DNA of 64,000 nucleotides, from contig OZ251518.1 of NCBI GenBank assembly GCA_965242965.1, forward strand, positions 2,560,001-2,624,000, in the 5' to 3' direction. A program made the translations under genes and the position numbers. Of the stretch, positions 1-9,695 are shown piece by piece; within the stretch, counting starts at the first letter, position 1; every line of letters begins with the position of its first letter. Below the pieces are notes generated by a model that saw nothing but the letters and a program-made list of their open reading frames with translations, made no database searches and was not told the origin of the DNA. The DNA comes from Candidatus Poribacteria bacterium. GTDB lineage: Bacteria; Poribacteria; WGA-4E; WGA-3G.

Positions 1-723
1 GAGGAAGGTTTTGTAGAACTTGTCTGCGCCTTCCGTTTGACTTCGGTTGAGGTTCGTGCGGAGATAGTCGGTATCGCCGTTAAGAAACCCCTTCTTCTGG
101 ATGAAGTAGATAAACATGAGGCGATTGAGCATGACAGAGACATACCCGCGTTGCAGTTCCACATCGGGGATGCCTTTCAGGAATGTGATGAAAGCGTCGT
201 GTTCCTTTTTGAAGCGTTCATAAAAACGTTTGGTGACAGGGGCTATGTCAAAGGCGGCGCGGACACGTCCGGTTACATCGGGTAACGTCAGGGCATCTTC
301 CTCTTCAAGGCTGAAGGCGATGGTTTCAAGTTTTTGGAGGAGTGCGTTACCGGCTTGTTCGTGATGATAGCGGTGTTCTCGGCAAGCATCGGGTTTGCCG
401 GGTTCGCGTCTGACCCACTGCCAGAGTTGGGTAGTTTTCGCCGCGTCGGTGTAGATGATAACGTGTTCGTGGACAGATTTGGCCACCTGCTGTTGAATAA
501 CGCGACGCGTGGCGTAGTTCGGCAGTGGCGCGTTTTGGGTTGCGGCACAGAGGAATACCACCATGCCGCGTTTTTCGGCGATAGCGGTGAGGGTGTAGTC
601 GGTGTCACCTACCGGGACGGTGAGTGCCTCCGTATGATAGTCCCATCCGAGTTCCTCAGCGAAGAGTGATTCAAATTCGGATTCTTGGAGATAGTTGCGT
701 GTCTGGTCGATCTTGTGTTGCAT
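1..723 (-). CDS. Eco57I-like/type IIG restriction-modification methyltransferase, N-terminal part (runs off window start)
   Basis: Not in the ORF track. Manual translation from ATG 723 (AAGGA RBS) is open to base 1: MQHKIDQTRNYLQ...AAFDIAPVTKRFYERFKKEH...VMLNRLMFIYFIQKKGFLNGD, a segment typical of large adenine MTase/Eco57I-type proteins. Confidence 0.7.
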   Translation of the reverse strand, partial: MQHKIDQTRNYLQESEFESLFAEELGWDYHTEALTVPVGDTDYTLTAIAEKRGMVVFLCAATQNAPLPNYATRRVIQQQVAKSVHEHVIIYTDAAKTTQLWQWVRREPGKPDACREHRYHHEQAGNALLQKLETIAFSLEEEDALTLPDVTGRVRAAFDIAPVTKRFYERFKKEHDAFITFLKGIPDVELQRGYVSVMLNRLMFIYFIQKKGFLNGDTDYLRTNLNRSQTEGADKFYKTFL

Positions 724-782
724 GGTTATCCTTTGGTGCAGCGCGATTCCGTTTAATGTCTCCGGTGGTTCTCGCAAGAGGT

Positions 783-811
783 TTGACATCCATCGGTGAA
801 AATGCTATACT
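783..811 (+). promoter_or_regulatory. sigma70-type promoter
   Basis: TTGACA-N17-TATACT, 40 nt upstream of ATG 851. Confidence 0.65.
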
Positions 812-850
812 TGAAAACAAACGCACGCCTTCACACGGCAGAATCAAACT

Positions 851-1588
851 ATGCTTGCCATCATCCTGAAAGAACTCCGTTCCTATACCCTCTCCCGCAA
901 ATATCGACGGCTCCACTTCCTGACATTAGGTGCGCTCACGCTCTTGCTGTTTGTCGCCACGGTTGAATTCTACGCACAAAGCCGCACCGGTGCCGCCGTT
1001 GATGTCGGAAAACAGACCTATACCCTTTTCATCGTCGCCCTTTTCCTGACGCAATTTTTCGTCCCGCGGCATGCCGTTGAAGCACTACACAGCGAAGCGG
1101 CAGATGGCGCGCTGCTTCGGCTAACGCCGCTATGGCCTTGGCAAATTGTGGCAGGCAAATTAGGCGCGGTGGTTTTATGGGAATTGTGGCGCGTCTGGTT
1201 AACAATCCCTTTGCTGGCACTCTCCGGTTATATCGGTGGTTTTGCCGTAGCGCAATTGCTGAAATGCGGCGCGGTGCTATTCGTGAGTTGCATTCTATTC
1301 GCGCTGATTGGCATCAGTTTTGCTTGCTGGCATCCGCCTATTCGTGCGAAAAGTATCGGTTATGGAGTTGTCCTGCTGCTCACGTTTCTCCCGCTGATTC
1401 TTTTTCCACATACTGGGGCACTCCCTATTTTGGAAGCGATGAGTCCCCTTTGCGCGCTGTTGTCTATCCTCCGTTTAGAATCGGCGCAACTTTGGGTGTG
1501 GCACGTTGCGCTGAGTTGTGTGTTATCCGTGCTGCTCTTCTGTCTCGGCGCGATGCGTAATAGAAAATTAAGTGAGGGGGTTTCATAA
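851..1588 (+). CDS. ABC-2-type permease-like membrane protein
   Basis: About 6 hydrophobic segments; 'IILKELR' start and 'LLRLTPL..WQIVAGKL' motif. The stop codon lies inside a repeat terminus. Confidence 0.65.
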   Translation: MLAIILKELRSYTLSRKYRRLHFLTLGALTLLLFVATVEFYAQSRTGAAVDVGKQTYTLFIVALFLTQFFVPRHAVEALHSEAADGALLRLTPLWPWQIVAGKLGAVVLWELWRVWLTIPLLALSGYIGGFAVAQLLKCGAVLFVSCILFALIGISFACWHPPIRAKSIGYGVVLLLTFLPLILFPHTGALPILEAMSPLCALLSILRLESAQLWVWHVALSCVLSVLLFCLGAMRNRKLSEGVS

Positions 1589-2025
1589 ATCGTTCAATGT
1601 CGCGGGGACGGGCCCTGCGCTATGGAGAAAAAAACGCCACCCTCACCGTAGGGCGAGGGCCTGTCCCTCGCCATCGTTCGATCGCCAGGCTCTGTAGGTC
1701 AGGATCGCCTGATCCTGACCCGTTTGTGATCAGGCGATCACAAAATACAGAAACGGAAACACATCTCGCGACGATGGAGATCGCGGGGGACAGGCCCCCG
1801 CGCTACGATAAAAAACGTCTCCCGCTTACCGTAGGGCGAGGGCCTGTCCCTCGCCATCGTTCATGCACCAGATCCCCTCTCCTTCTGTAGGTCAGGATCG
1901 CCTAATCCTGACCCGTTTGTGATCAGGCGATCACAAAATACAGAAACGGAAACACACATGGAGCTCGCGGGGGAAACCCGCTCGGATGCGCGTATGGCAT
2001 CCGAGGGCCTCCGCGCTACGATGAA
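1574..2025. repeat. GTAG-REP cluster starting with a GAGGGGGTTTCATA terminal repeat
   Basis: Copies of GTAGGGCGAGGGCCTGTCCCTCGCC, GTAGGTCAGGATCGCCTGATCCTGAC and CGCGGGGGACAGGCCCCCGCGCTAC, with an internal duplication. Confidence 0.9.
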
Positions 2026-3929
2026 AAAACCGAATCGCTTGGCACCAGCATCGGCTTGAATTGACATCCTTCCACGAAAATTTCAAAGAAGTCCGGTGTC
2101 GTCTCCAATTCAATATGTTCAATGTTCTTGACGAACGTCTCAACGGCATCACGTTTTTCACGTGAAAGCAAAACCGCCTTTGCGCCGCTGATGGCCGCGT
2201 TCCCGATTTTGACAATCCGCTCCTCTGGGACAGGAGCCAAAAACCCGATGTCAATCGCGTCTCGTAGATTGACATAGTTGGCGAATCCGCCTGCCAAAAA
2301 GAGTTTCGCGATGTCCTGAGGCGCGCAGCCGTAGTGTCGGAGCACGATGAATTGGCCACAATAGTTCGCCGCCTTCGCCTGTGCCAAGTTGCTCGCATCT
2401 TCACGTGAGAAGGTGATGCCGTGCGCGGGTAAAAGGTTTAACTCACGCTGTTTCCGTTCCGCAAAAACGCCTTTCGGACTCATCTGTCCGTGCCTACGGA
2501 GCTCGGCAAGAAGCGAAATCAACCCGGAACCGCACAAGCCTTGTGGCGGATTTCCGTCAATTGTCTCATAAGTCAACGCGCCGTCGTGCCACTTCACGGA
2601 TTCAATCGCGCCGGGGTAAGCCGGCATGCCGTATGTGATGCCGCCTCCCTCAAACGCCGGACCGGCGGGACAAGACGCGCATACCATCTTGCTTGAATTC
2701 CCGACGACAACTTCCGTGTTCGTGCCGACATCGACGAGCATCACAACTTCGTCTTGCGAGTTCATGTCAATTGCGACGAGATCAGCGGCGACATCGGCAC
2801 CGACGTGACTCGCGATGAGCGGCAGGCTGTAAACCAATGCCTTTGGATTAGCACGAATGCCCAAACGCCGTGCTTTTTCGGTAAGCGAAGTCGTCGCGCG
2901 CACGCCGTCGCGATACTCATGCTCAATTACCGATTTATAGGGCTTTTGCCCGATGCTTTGGACATCTTTCTTGAAGAAAATGTCGCGCATCGTTGTGTTG
3001 CCAGCGACAACAATCTCATAAATCTCCTGCCGGACGAACTGATGGCGGCTGCACATCGCCATGATTTCGCTGTTGAGCGCGGCGATGAGCGAACGCCGTA
3101 ACTCCCCCCGAAACTGCCCATCGTAGGAGATGCGGTTCATAATATCGCTGCCGCCGAAGCGTTGCGGGTTCTCAAACGAACTGACAGAGACCGTCTCGCC
3201 GTTCTCCAAATTGACAAGGTTTGCAACGACTGTCGTCGTGCCAATGTCAAGCGCGAGTCCGTAGAGATGTCCGCGGAACCGCTCAAGGGGTGCGTCATCG
3301 TAATAGACAACGCCGTCCCGGTGAGTTACCATCGGTTGCAAGTCGCCGCGCGTTCCAATGTCCGCGGCATCTGTCAAAATCCGCGGCCTGCGGCGCAACG
3401 GTGCAAAGGTGATGTCCGCGTCTGCATCCTGAACTACTGCTTGGCAGGCGAGCCGGAAGTCATCGCGTAAGAAAGATTCTTCTGCCTTGCGAGGCGTGAG
3501 TGCCTGCGCGCCTGTTTTTATTTCAACGATGCATTCGTGGCACTGGCCGGTGCGGAAGCAGGAAGTCGGGACTTGGACTGCTAAATCGTCGGCATAGTCA
3601 AAAATCGTTTTGCCGACGGTAAGGGGTTGCGTTTTCCCATCGCAGGTGATTTTCCCCTTCCCGTGACTTGTGTCAGGTGTTTCTATTGGTTCTATCTCCC
3701 ATGCGTTCCGATAGTCCAGTTTATCATCGCCGGCGCACAGTAATCCTGTTCCTTCAGCGATTCTGCGTTGGTTGCGGCAGCCGAACTTCGCCGTGCAGTA
3801 GTCTTCACGATTTTTGTAGGGACACCGATACGTCGCTTGTTCATCGGCGTGGGTGACGAGTTCTTCAAAAATCTGCGTTATTTTATTTAGCCGTTTTTCA
3901 TACTCGGTTTTGTTGTTCTTTTTTCCCAT
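2016..3929 (-). CDS. ASKHA-domain reductive activator of corrinoid proteins (RACo/RamA/DUF4445-like) with 2Fe-2S domain
   Basis: CFRTGQCHEC...RLACQ ferredoxin, DIGTTT, DVGTNTE, CPAGPAFEG, GLCGSG, LAGGFANY. Probable start is MGKKNN at 3929; the longer N-terminus in the track is REP-derived. Confidence 0.9.
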   Translation of the reverse strand: MGKKNNKTEYEKRLNKITQIFEELVTHADEQATYRCPYKNREDYCTAKFGCRNQRRIAEGTGLLCAGDDKLDYRNAWEIEPIETPDTSHGKGKITCDGKTQPLTVGKTIFDYADDLAVQVPTSCFRTGQCHECIVEIKTGAQALTPRKAEESFLRDDFRLACQAVVQDADADITFAPLRRRPRILTDAADIGTRGDLQPMVTHRDGVVYYDDAPLERFRGHLYGLALDIGTTTVVANLVNLENGETVSVSSFENPQRFGGSDIMNRISYDGQFRGELRRSLIAALNSEIMAMCSRHQFVRQEIYEIVVAGNTTMRDIFFKKDVQSIGQKPYKSVIEHEYRDGVRATTSLTEKARRLGIRANPKALVYSLPLIASHVGADVAADLVAIDMNSQDEVVMLVDVGTNTEVVVGNSSKMVCASCPAGPAFEGGGITYGMPAYPGAIESVKWHDGALTYETIDGNPPQGLCGSGLISLLAELRRHGQMSPKGVFAERKQRELNLLPAHGITFSREDASNLAQAKAANYCGQFIVLRHYGCAPQDIAKLFLAGGFANYVNLRDAIDIGFLAPVPEERIVKIGNAAISGAKAVLLSREKRDAVETFVKNIEHIELETTPDFFEIFVEGCQFKPMLVPSDSVFSS

Positions 3930-3945
3930 TATTTTTGATATCCTT

Positions 3946-4633
3946 GTAGGAGAGACCTCCTGGTCTTGATGTTTTTCCCGTAGGAGAGACCTCCTGGTCT
4001 CAACGTGTTTTGTTTCTGTTTTTATCGGGACAAGGATGTCCCTCCTACCTCTCTCGATGCATGCCCGTAGGAGAGACCTCCTGGTCTCGATGGCTCCCGG
4101 TAGGAGAGACCTCCTGGTCTCGATGCGTATTGTTGCTGTTTCTATCGGGACAAGGATGTCCCTCCTACCGGAAGGCATCGGGCGCACCTCTGTAGTTCGG
4201 GAGCGCCTGCTCCCGAACGGGTCAGGATCAGGCGATCCTGAACTACAGGGATGAGGCGGTCTGACAGCCAAACGCATGGCGAGGGACAGGCCCTCGCCCT
4301 ACGGTGAACGGGGAAGATTTCTTAGGTGTTACCGTAGCGCGGGGGCCTGTCCCCCGCGATCTCTCGACCGCTGCGGAAAACGCCCGCAGCCCAGAGACCA
4401 CGGATGTTTGCTGCTCAGACCGCAGCATGGCGAGGGAAACCCGCTCGCATGCGCGTGTGGCATGCGAGGGCCCTCGCCCTACGGTGAAAGCGGCAATCAA
4501 GCATGGCGAGGGACAGGCCCTCGCCCTACGTGAAGGGGCGGCGTTTTTTTCACCGTAGCGCGGGGCCCTCGGATGCCACACGTGCATCCGAGCGGGTTTC
4601 ACCGCGACATTGAGCGAGTTATGAAACACCCTC
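3946..4633. repeat. REP cluster ending in TATGAAACACCCTC
   Basis: Four GTAGGAGAGACCTCCTGGTCT units, GGGACAAGGATGTCCCTCCTAC units, a REP doublet and several CCTGT-loop REPs. Confidence 0.9.
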
Positions 4634-4639
4634 AACTTA

Positions 4640-5398
4640 TTAATATTCCTCATCTTCTTCCTCAAGAAACTGCTTGGCGAGTGCGACGCACGCGAGCGCG
4701 TCTTTACCGTAGCCATCGGAGCCCATATCGTCTGCGAACTCTTGTGTAACAGGCGCGCCGCCCACCATAATCTTCACGTCTTCACGCAGGTCTTCGTCAA
4801 TAAACGCATCGATGGTTTTCCCCATGTTGGGCATCGTTGTCGTCAACAACGCCGACATGCCCAAGATAGGTGCCTCGTATTCCTCCACCGCCTCAATGAA
4901 GTCGTCTTCGGAGGTATCCACGCCTAAATCGTGGACGACGAACCCCGCGCCGCGCAGCATCATGATGCACAAGTTTTTGCCGATATCGTGCAGGTCACCT
5001 TTGACGGTGCCCATCACCACGGTGCCGATAGGTTTGATACCGGAATCGGAGAGGATCGGTTCGATGTGCGCCATGCCGGCTTTCATGGCACGTGCACACG
5101 CGAGGACTTCCGGCACGAAGATAAAATTCTCGCGGAACTTAATGCCGACGATGCCCATCCCCGCGATGAGCGCATCGTCCATGATTTCCAGAGCCTCGGT
5201 GCCGCTCTCAAGTGCCGCCGCTGTTAACTCATCAACGGTACCGTGGTCGCCGTCGATTAGCGCGGCGGAGATATCCTGCATTGCCGGGCGCGCTTGCGCG
5301 AACATCTCTGTGAACCGCGCGATTTCATCGGGACGTTCAAGGAACTCTTCAATTTCTTCACGGATGAATTCGTTTGCGATGTCGTTAATCGTTGCCAC
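4640..5398 (-). CDS. Cobalamin-binding corrinoid protein (MttC/MtbC-like)
   Basis: DLHDIGKN (DxHxxG), SALLTTT, MVGGAPV; GTG start at 5398 with AGGAGG RBS. Confidence 0.92.
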   Translation of the reverse strand: MATINDIANEFIREEIEEFLERPDEIARFTEMFAQARPAMQDISAALIDGDHGTVDELTAAALESGTEALEIMDDALIAGMGIVGIKFRENFIFVPEVLACARAMKAGMAHIEPILSDSGIKPIGTVVMGTVKGDLHDIGKNLCIMMLRGAGFVVHDLGVDTSEDDFIEAVEEYEAPILGMSALLTTTMPNMGKTIDAFIDEDLREDVKIMVGGAPVTQEFADDMGSDGYGKDALACVALAKQFLEEEDEEY

Positions 5399-5503
5399 AG
5401 GTTTTCTATACCTCCTAACCGAGAGGATACCACAAATGCGGAAAAATCGCAAGTTTTTAAGGCAAGCGATAGGACGGTTTCGTTGTCCTATTTCTGTTCT
5501 ATT

Positions 5504-5786
5504 GAGGCGGTTTCATAACTCCGTTTCGGTATTTATCCCCCCTTGGGGGGAGAGCGAATACCGATAGAAAAGCGAGGGGACGCGCATCGGGTCCACCTCT
5601 GTAGTTCGGGAGCGCCTGCTCCCGAACGGGTCAAGATCAGGCGATCTTGACCTACAGGGGTGATAAGGTCTGCTAGCCAAACGCATGGCGAGGGACAGGC
5701 CCTCGCCCTACGTGAAGGGGCAGCGTTTTTTTCACCGTAGCGCGGGGTCTGTCACCGCGACGTTGAGCGATTTATGAAACACCCTC
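5504..5786. mobile_element. Composite REP-containing MITE-like element
   Basis: Ends GAGGCGGTTTCATA / TATGAAACACCCTC; internal order shared with the copies at 9429 and 35885. Confidence 0.75.
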
Positions 5787-7173
5787 AAATTATCTCAGAC
5801 AGAAGCTGCTTTTCCCACCAAGCGACATACTCAGCATCGCTGATGTCTGGGGAGAGTCCGCGTTTTTCCATCCCCTGCTTGAAACTTGCATCCATGTGTT
5901 CGTCCCAGTAGGTAGTAACGTCCGCCGATTCTGGCGTTTCTCCCATATCGCCAGTTGCCTGCCTCCACTCATCCAATTGCAGGCTGAGCGACTTTTGCAC
6001 AGACTCATAGCGTTCATCACCCGCGAGGTTGTTGACTTCATAAGGGTCAGCCTCAATGTCATAAAGTTCTTCGGCGGGCCGCGTCGGTTGCACGAATTGC
6101 TGCTGCGCGGGAGACAACGCACCCGTTTCCGCTAACATCTGCATCAACGTCCACGCCGGATACTGCTGTTTTTTGTAGCCGTTGAATTGCATGTAGGGAC
6201 GCTCGGGGTGATAATTGCGGATGTATTTGTAGCGATGCGTGCGGATGCACCGAATCCTGTCATCCGTGCCATCGCACCGGTCGCGGGCTGCGTAAATAGC
6301 ACCCCGGTCACTTGCCTTTGCGCCGAGGAAGATTTGTCCCTGCATAAAATCAGGAATATCAACTCCCGCCAAAGCTAACGTTGTCGGCGCGAAATCGACA
6401 CCACTGACGAGAGTCTCGCTGACGCAGCCAGCCTCAATCTGTCCGGGCCATCGGATAATTAACGGGATGCGGATGCCCCCATCGTAAAGGAATTGCTTGC
6501 AACGGGGGTGCGCGCGCCCATGGTCACTCATGAAAAAAATGAGGGTGTTGTCCGAGAGCCCTTCGTCATCTAACCGTTGGAGGATCTGTCCGACCTTTCT
6601 GTCCAGAATCTGGATGCTTTCAAGGTAGAGTGCCCAATCCTTACGGGTAAGCGGATGGTCTGGGTAGTAAGGCGGCAATGCCACGTCATCCGGGGAGATG
6701 GGGTGCCCCGGGTCTGGTTTAAAGACGCGATGTGTGTCGGGGATGTTAATCTGCGCGTAAAACGGCTGTCCTTCGGCGCGTTCGCTCCAATCCACGCCAT
6801 CAAACGGATTTTCGCGTTGGAAGTTGAAATCGGTTTTCCCGGGGCGGTTGTAGGGCGGTCCCGGGCTCTTGCACGTGAAATACCCGGCTTCTCGGAAGCA
6901 ATCGGTAATAAGTTTCATATCGGCGCGCAGCGGTTTATCGCGATTGCTCCGATGGTTATGCGCGTCAAAATGCGTCTGATATGTCCCGGTGATGAGCGCG
7001 GAGCGGCTCGGCGAGCAGACCGGGGAGGTGACGAAAGCGTTGGTATAACGAGTGCCTTCGGCGGCGAGCCGGTCGATGTTCGGTGTTTGAACGGCGGGTG
7101 TGCCGTAACAGCCGAGGTCTGGCGATAGGTCTTCGCCGTAAATCCAGAGGATGTTGGGTTGTTTGGTTTGCAT
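5785..7173 (-). CDS. Sulfatase (Cys-type, formylglycine-dependent)
   Basis: PNILWIYGED, CSPSRSALITG (CxPxR), MSDHG, EELYD. Start MQTKQPN at 7173 with AGGAG RBS. Confidence 0.92.
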   Translation of the reverse strand: MQTKQPNILWIYGEDLSPDLGCYGTPAVQTPNIDRLAAEGTRYTNAFVTSPVCSPSRSALITGTYQTHFDAHNHRSNRDKPLRADMKLITDCFREAGYFTCKSPGPPYNRPGKTDFNFQRENPFDGVDWSERAEGQPFYAQINIPDTHRVFKPDPGHPISPDDVALPPYYPDHPLTRKDWALYLESIQILDRKVGQILQRLDDEGLSDNTLIFFMSDHGRAHPRCKQFLYDGGIRIPLIIRWPGQIEAGCVSETLVSGVDFAPTTLALAGVDIPDFMQGQIFLGAKASDRGAIYAARDRCDGTDDRIRCIRTHRYKYIRNYHPERPYMQFNGYKKQQYPAWTLMQMLAETGALSPAQQQFVQPTRPAEELYDIEADPYEVNNLAGDERYESVQKSLSLQLDEWRQATGDMGETPESADVTTYWDEHMDASFKQGMEKRGLSPDISDAEYVAWWEKQLLSEII

Positions 7174-7187
7174 GTTTTCTCCTGATA

Positions 7188-7455
7188 CATGGCGGGGGAC
7201 AGGCCCCCGCCCTACGAATAGACGGCATGGTGAGGCGTAGGAGAGACCTCCCGGTCTTGATTGCTCCCCGTAGGAGAGACCTCCTGGTCTCGATGCCCTA
7301 TTTGCGATCAGGCGATCGCAAACTACAGACAGGGGAAGGCCCGGCGCCCGGTAGGAGAGACCTCCTGGTCTCGATGCACATGGCGGGGGACAGGCCCCCG
7401 CCCTACGAATAGGCGGCATGCAAGGCATGGCGGGGGACAGGCCCCCGCCCTACGG
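7188..7455. repeat. REP cluster
   Basis: Three GGCGGGGGACAGGCCCCCGCCCTAC units and three GTAGGAGAGACCTCC-type units. Confidence 0.9.
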
Positions 7456-7477
7456 TAATAAGGTGCCTACAAGGGGC

Positions 7478-8332
7478 CTACGCCGATGCGCCGTTGACAT
7501 TACCGACAACATACCGTTCGCGGAAGAGCGTCCGCCGCAGCGGCGGCATCGTTTTCAACAATTCAGGATGCGGCCTGTAATCCTTCGCGAAACCGCTGTC
7601 CACGGGGCTATAGAGATTGAAAATCGCTATCCTGTCGTTTTCAGTATTCGTCCACGTCGTCGCGCTGTGCGTGAGTGCCTCCGTAAAGAAAAGCAGTGAA
7701 CCGCCCGGGCATCCGTAGGTGCTCCAGATATCTGACTCTGGGTTTTGGATGTCCGTAGGTGCCGTGTAAACCGCCTTATGACTGCCAGTCACGAGCAGGG
7801 TGCCGCCTTGTCCTTTTTTCACCTCGGTCAATTCCCACACGACGCGGGTATGTGGGCTATGTCCCTTGCCGGGGAAGGCGTTGTAGTAGTGCACGTCGCC
7901 GGGGAAGCGGAGCAGTCCGTTGCCGTTGTGTGGCCCGAAGTTTCCCATGCCGGGGGTGCGATAAAAGAGATTCGTGCTTTCAAGCGAAAAGCCGTAGCAT
8001 TCGCGGCTTGTCACGGCGGGGTGCGCCGTGAATTCGTTGAGGAGCGAGACGACAAGCGGATGATCGACCAGGGTTTGAAGCGGTCCGCCGAGAGTGCTTC
8101 GTTCGTGTTCGGGGATAGATTCCGGTTCATGGTGTAGGCGCGCGGCGAAATCGCGCATCTCCTTCAATTCGCTACCGGTGAAGACCTCGGGCACGAGAAA
8201 CCAGCCGTGCGTATCAAAGGCATATCGCTGCGCCGGGGTTAACTCAGGCACGGCGAGTCCATCGGCGTTGTGCGTTGGCAATTGGCATGCTTCCGCGGGT
8301 AAGTGAAGGCTGTTAGTTTGCAATTTTTCCAT
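7478..8332 (-). CDS. PhyH-family Fe(II)/2-oxoglutarate oxygenase
   Basis: FDTHGWFLV, GGTLLVTGSHK, GSLLFFTEALTH, distal Arg; first ligand motif reads H-N-G. Confidence 0.85.
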   Translation of the reverse strand: MEKLQTNSLHLPAEACQLPTHNADGLAVPELTPAQRYAFDTHGWFLVPEVFTGSELKEMRDFAARLHHEPESIPEHERSTLGGPLQTLVDHPLVVSLLNEFTAHPAVTSRECYGFSLESTNLFYRTPGMGNFGPHNGNGLLRFPGDVHYYNAFPGKGHSPHTRVVWELTEVKKGQGGTLLVTGSHKAVYTAPTDIQNPESDIWSTYGCPGGSLLFFTEALTHSATTWTNTENDRIAIFNLYSPVDSGFAKDYRPHPELLKTMPPLRRTLFRERYVVGNVNGASA

Positions 8333-8422
8333 TAGAGGTTATCTCCTCGTGCAAACGCACGCTCGGTAGACGCTGTTTGCAACCGCGTCTATCGGCATTT
8401 ATGGATTTTGGCATGCAGTGCG

Positions 8423-9346
8423 CTAAATTTCCGCGGGATAGGCGGAGGTGCGCTGTCCAAAATCGCCGTTGATAACGTTTCCACCGGCGTAGGTTTCGCG
8501 AAAAAGCGTCTGCCGTTTCGGCGGCATCGCCGCCAAAAGCGATGGATGCGGCAGCCAGTTGGACCAGCGGCTTGCAACGGTGTTATACAAATTAGCGATG
8601 CAGACTCGCTCAGCATCGGTGTTAGCATGTCCACGCGCAATCGTCATTGATATTGATTCGGTGAAGAGGATGAGCGAACCGGCGGGACAGGCGTAGGTAT
8701 CCCACAACGATGCATTCATATCCTGCATCGCCTCTGGCATAGGATACGCGGCTTTATGACTGCCGGCGATGAACCGAACGTCATTGGTTTCGGCTGTAAC
8801 TTCGGTGAGTTCCCAGCGGGCGCGCGTCAACCCACTCCAGCCGCGTCCCGGCACGCATCGGTAGAGATGCGAATCGCCCGGCAACCGGAACAGCCCGTTT
8901 CCTGCCTGCGGGGTTACTTGCTGTTCGCCCGTGCCGAAAATCAGTGCTGTTTCCTCAAGTCGAAACCCGTAGCACTCTTCGCTTGCAACCGGTGGGTAAG
9001 CCAAAAATTCGTTCAGAAGCCCCACAACTGCGGGATGGTCTGCCAGTTTTTGCACCGGTCCGCCGAGCGTGCATCGTTCGGGTTCTGGGATGCTATTGGG
9101 TTCGGCGTGCAGGCGTTCGCAAAATTCGCGCATCGCCGCCACCTCCGCATCTGATAAGACGCTCGGCACCAGAAGCCAACCGTTCCTGTCAAAGTCGTAT
9201 TTTTGCTTCTGTGTAGGGATAACCACCGGCAATCCATCGGCGTTAGTGCGGGTTAGTTGTTCCGGTTCAACGTCAACTGCACTGCCGAGATTTTTGTTGA
9301 CAACAAAGGGTTTCGTCGTCGTAAGTTCTCTGTAAGCCATCAGCAT
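8423..9346 (-). CDS. PhyH-family paralogue lacking the metal-binding His residues
   Basis: Clearly similar to the neighbouring gene (FDRNGWLLV, AGSHK, GSLILFTE), but with Q and M at the two His positions. Confidence 0.8.
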   Translation of the reverse strand: MLMAYRELTTTKPFVVNKNLGSAVDVEPEQLTRTNADGLPVVIPTQKQKYDFDRNGWLLVPSVLSDAEVAAMREFCERLHAEPNSIPEPERCTLGGPVQKLADHPAVVGLLNEFLAYPPVASEECYGFRLEETALIFGTGEQQVTPQAGNGLFRLPGDSHLYRCVPGRGWSGLTRARWELTEVTAETNDVRFIAGSHKAAYPMPEAMQDMNASLWDTYACPAGSLILFTESISMTIARGHANTDAERVCIANLYNTVASRWSNWLPHPSLLAAMPPKRQTLFRETYAGGNVINGDFGQRTSAYPAEI

Positions 9347-9428
9347 GCGTCCTCCGTGCTAATATTCGCGTAGGAGAGAGTTTAGCATAGGATAGAAAAT
9401 TTGTCAACGGGATATTGCTGCTTATGGC

Positions 9429-9693
9429 GAGGGTGTTTCATAACTCCGTTTCGGTAGTTATCCGCCTTGGGGGACGGGCGAATACCGGAAGGCATTGGGC
9501 CCACCGCTGTAGTTCGGGATCGCCAGATCCCGAACGGGTCAGGATCAGGCGATCCTGACCTACAGGGGGGATGCAGTCTGACACCAGAACGCATGGCGAG
9601 GGACAGGCCCTCGCCCTACGTGAAGGGGAGGCATTTTTTCACCGGAGCGCGGGGCCTATCACCGCGACGTTGAGCGATTTATGAAACACCCTC
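9429..9693. mobile_element. Composite REP-containing MITE-like element with target-site duplication
   Basis: Perfect TIR GAGGGTGTTTCATA / TATGAAACACCCTC; flanking direct repeat CTTATGGC at 9421-9428 and 9695-9702. Confidence 0.85.
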
Positions 9694-9695
9694 AC

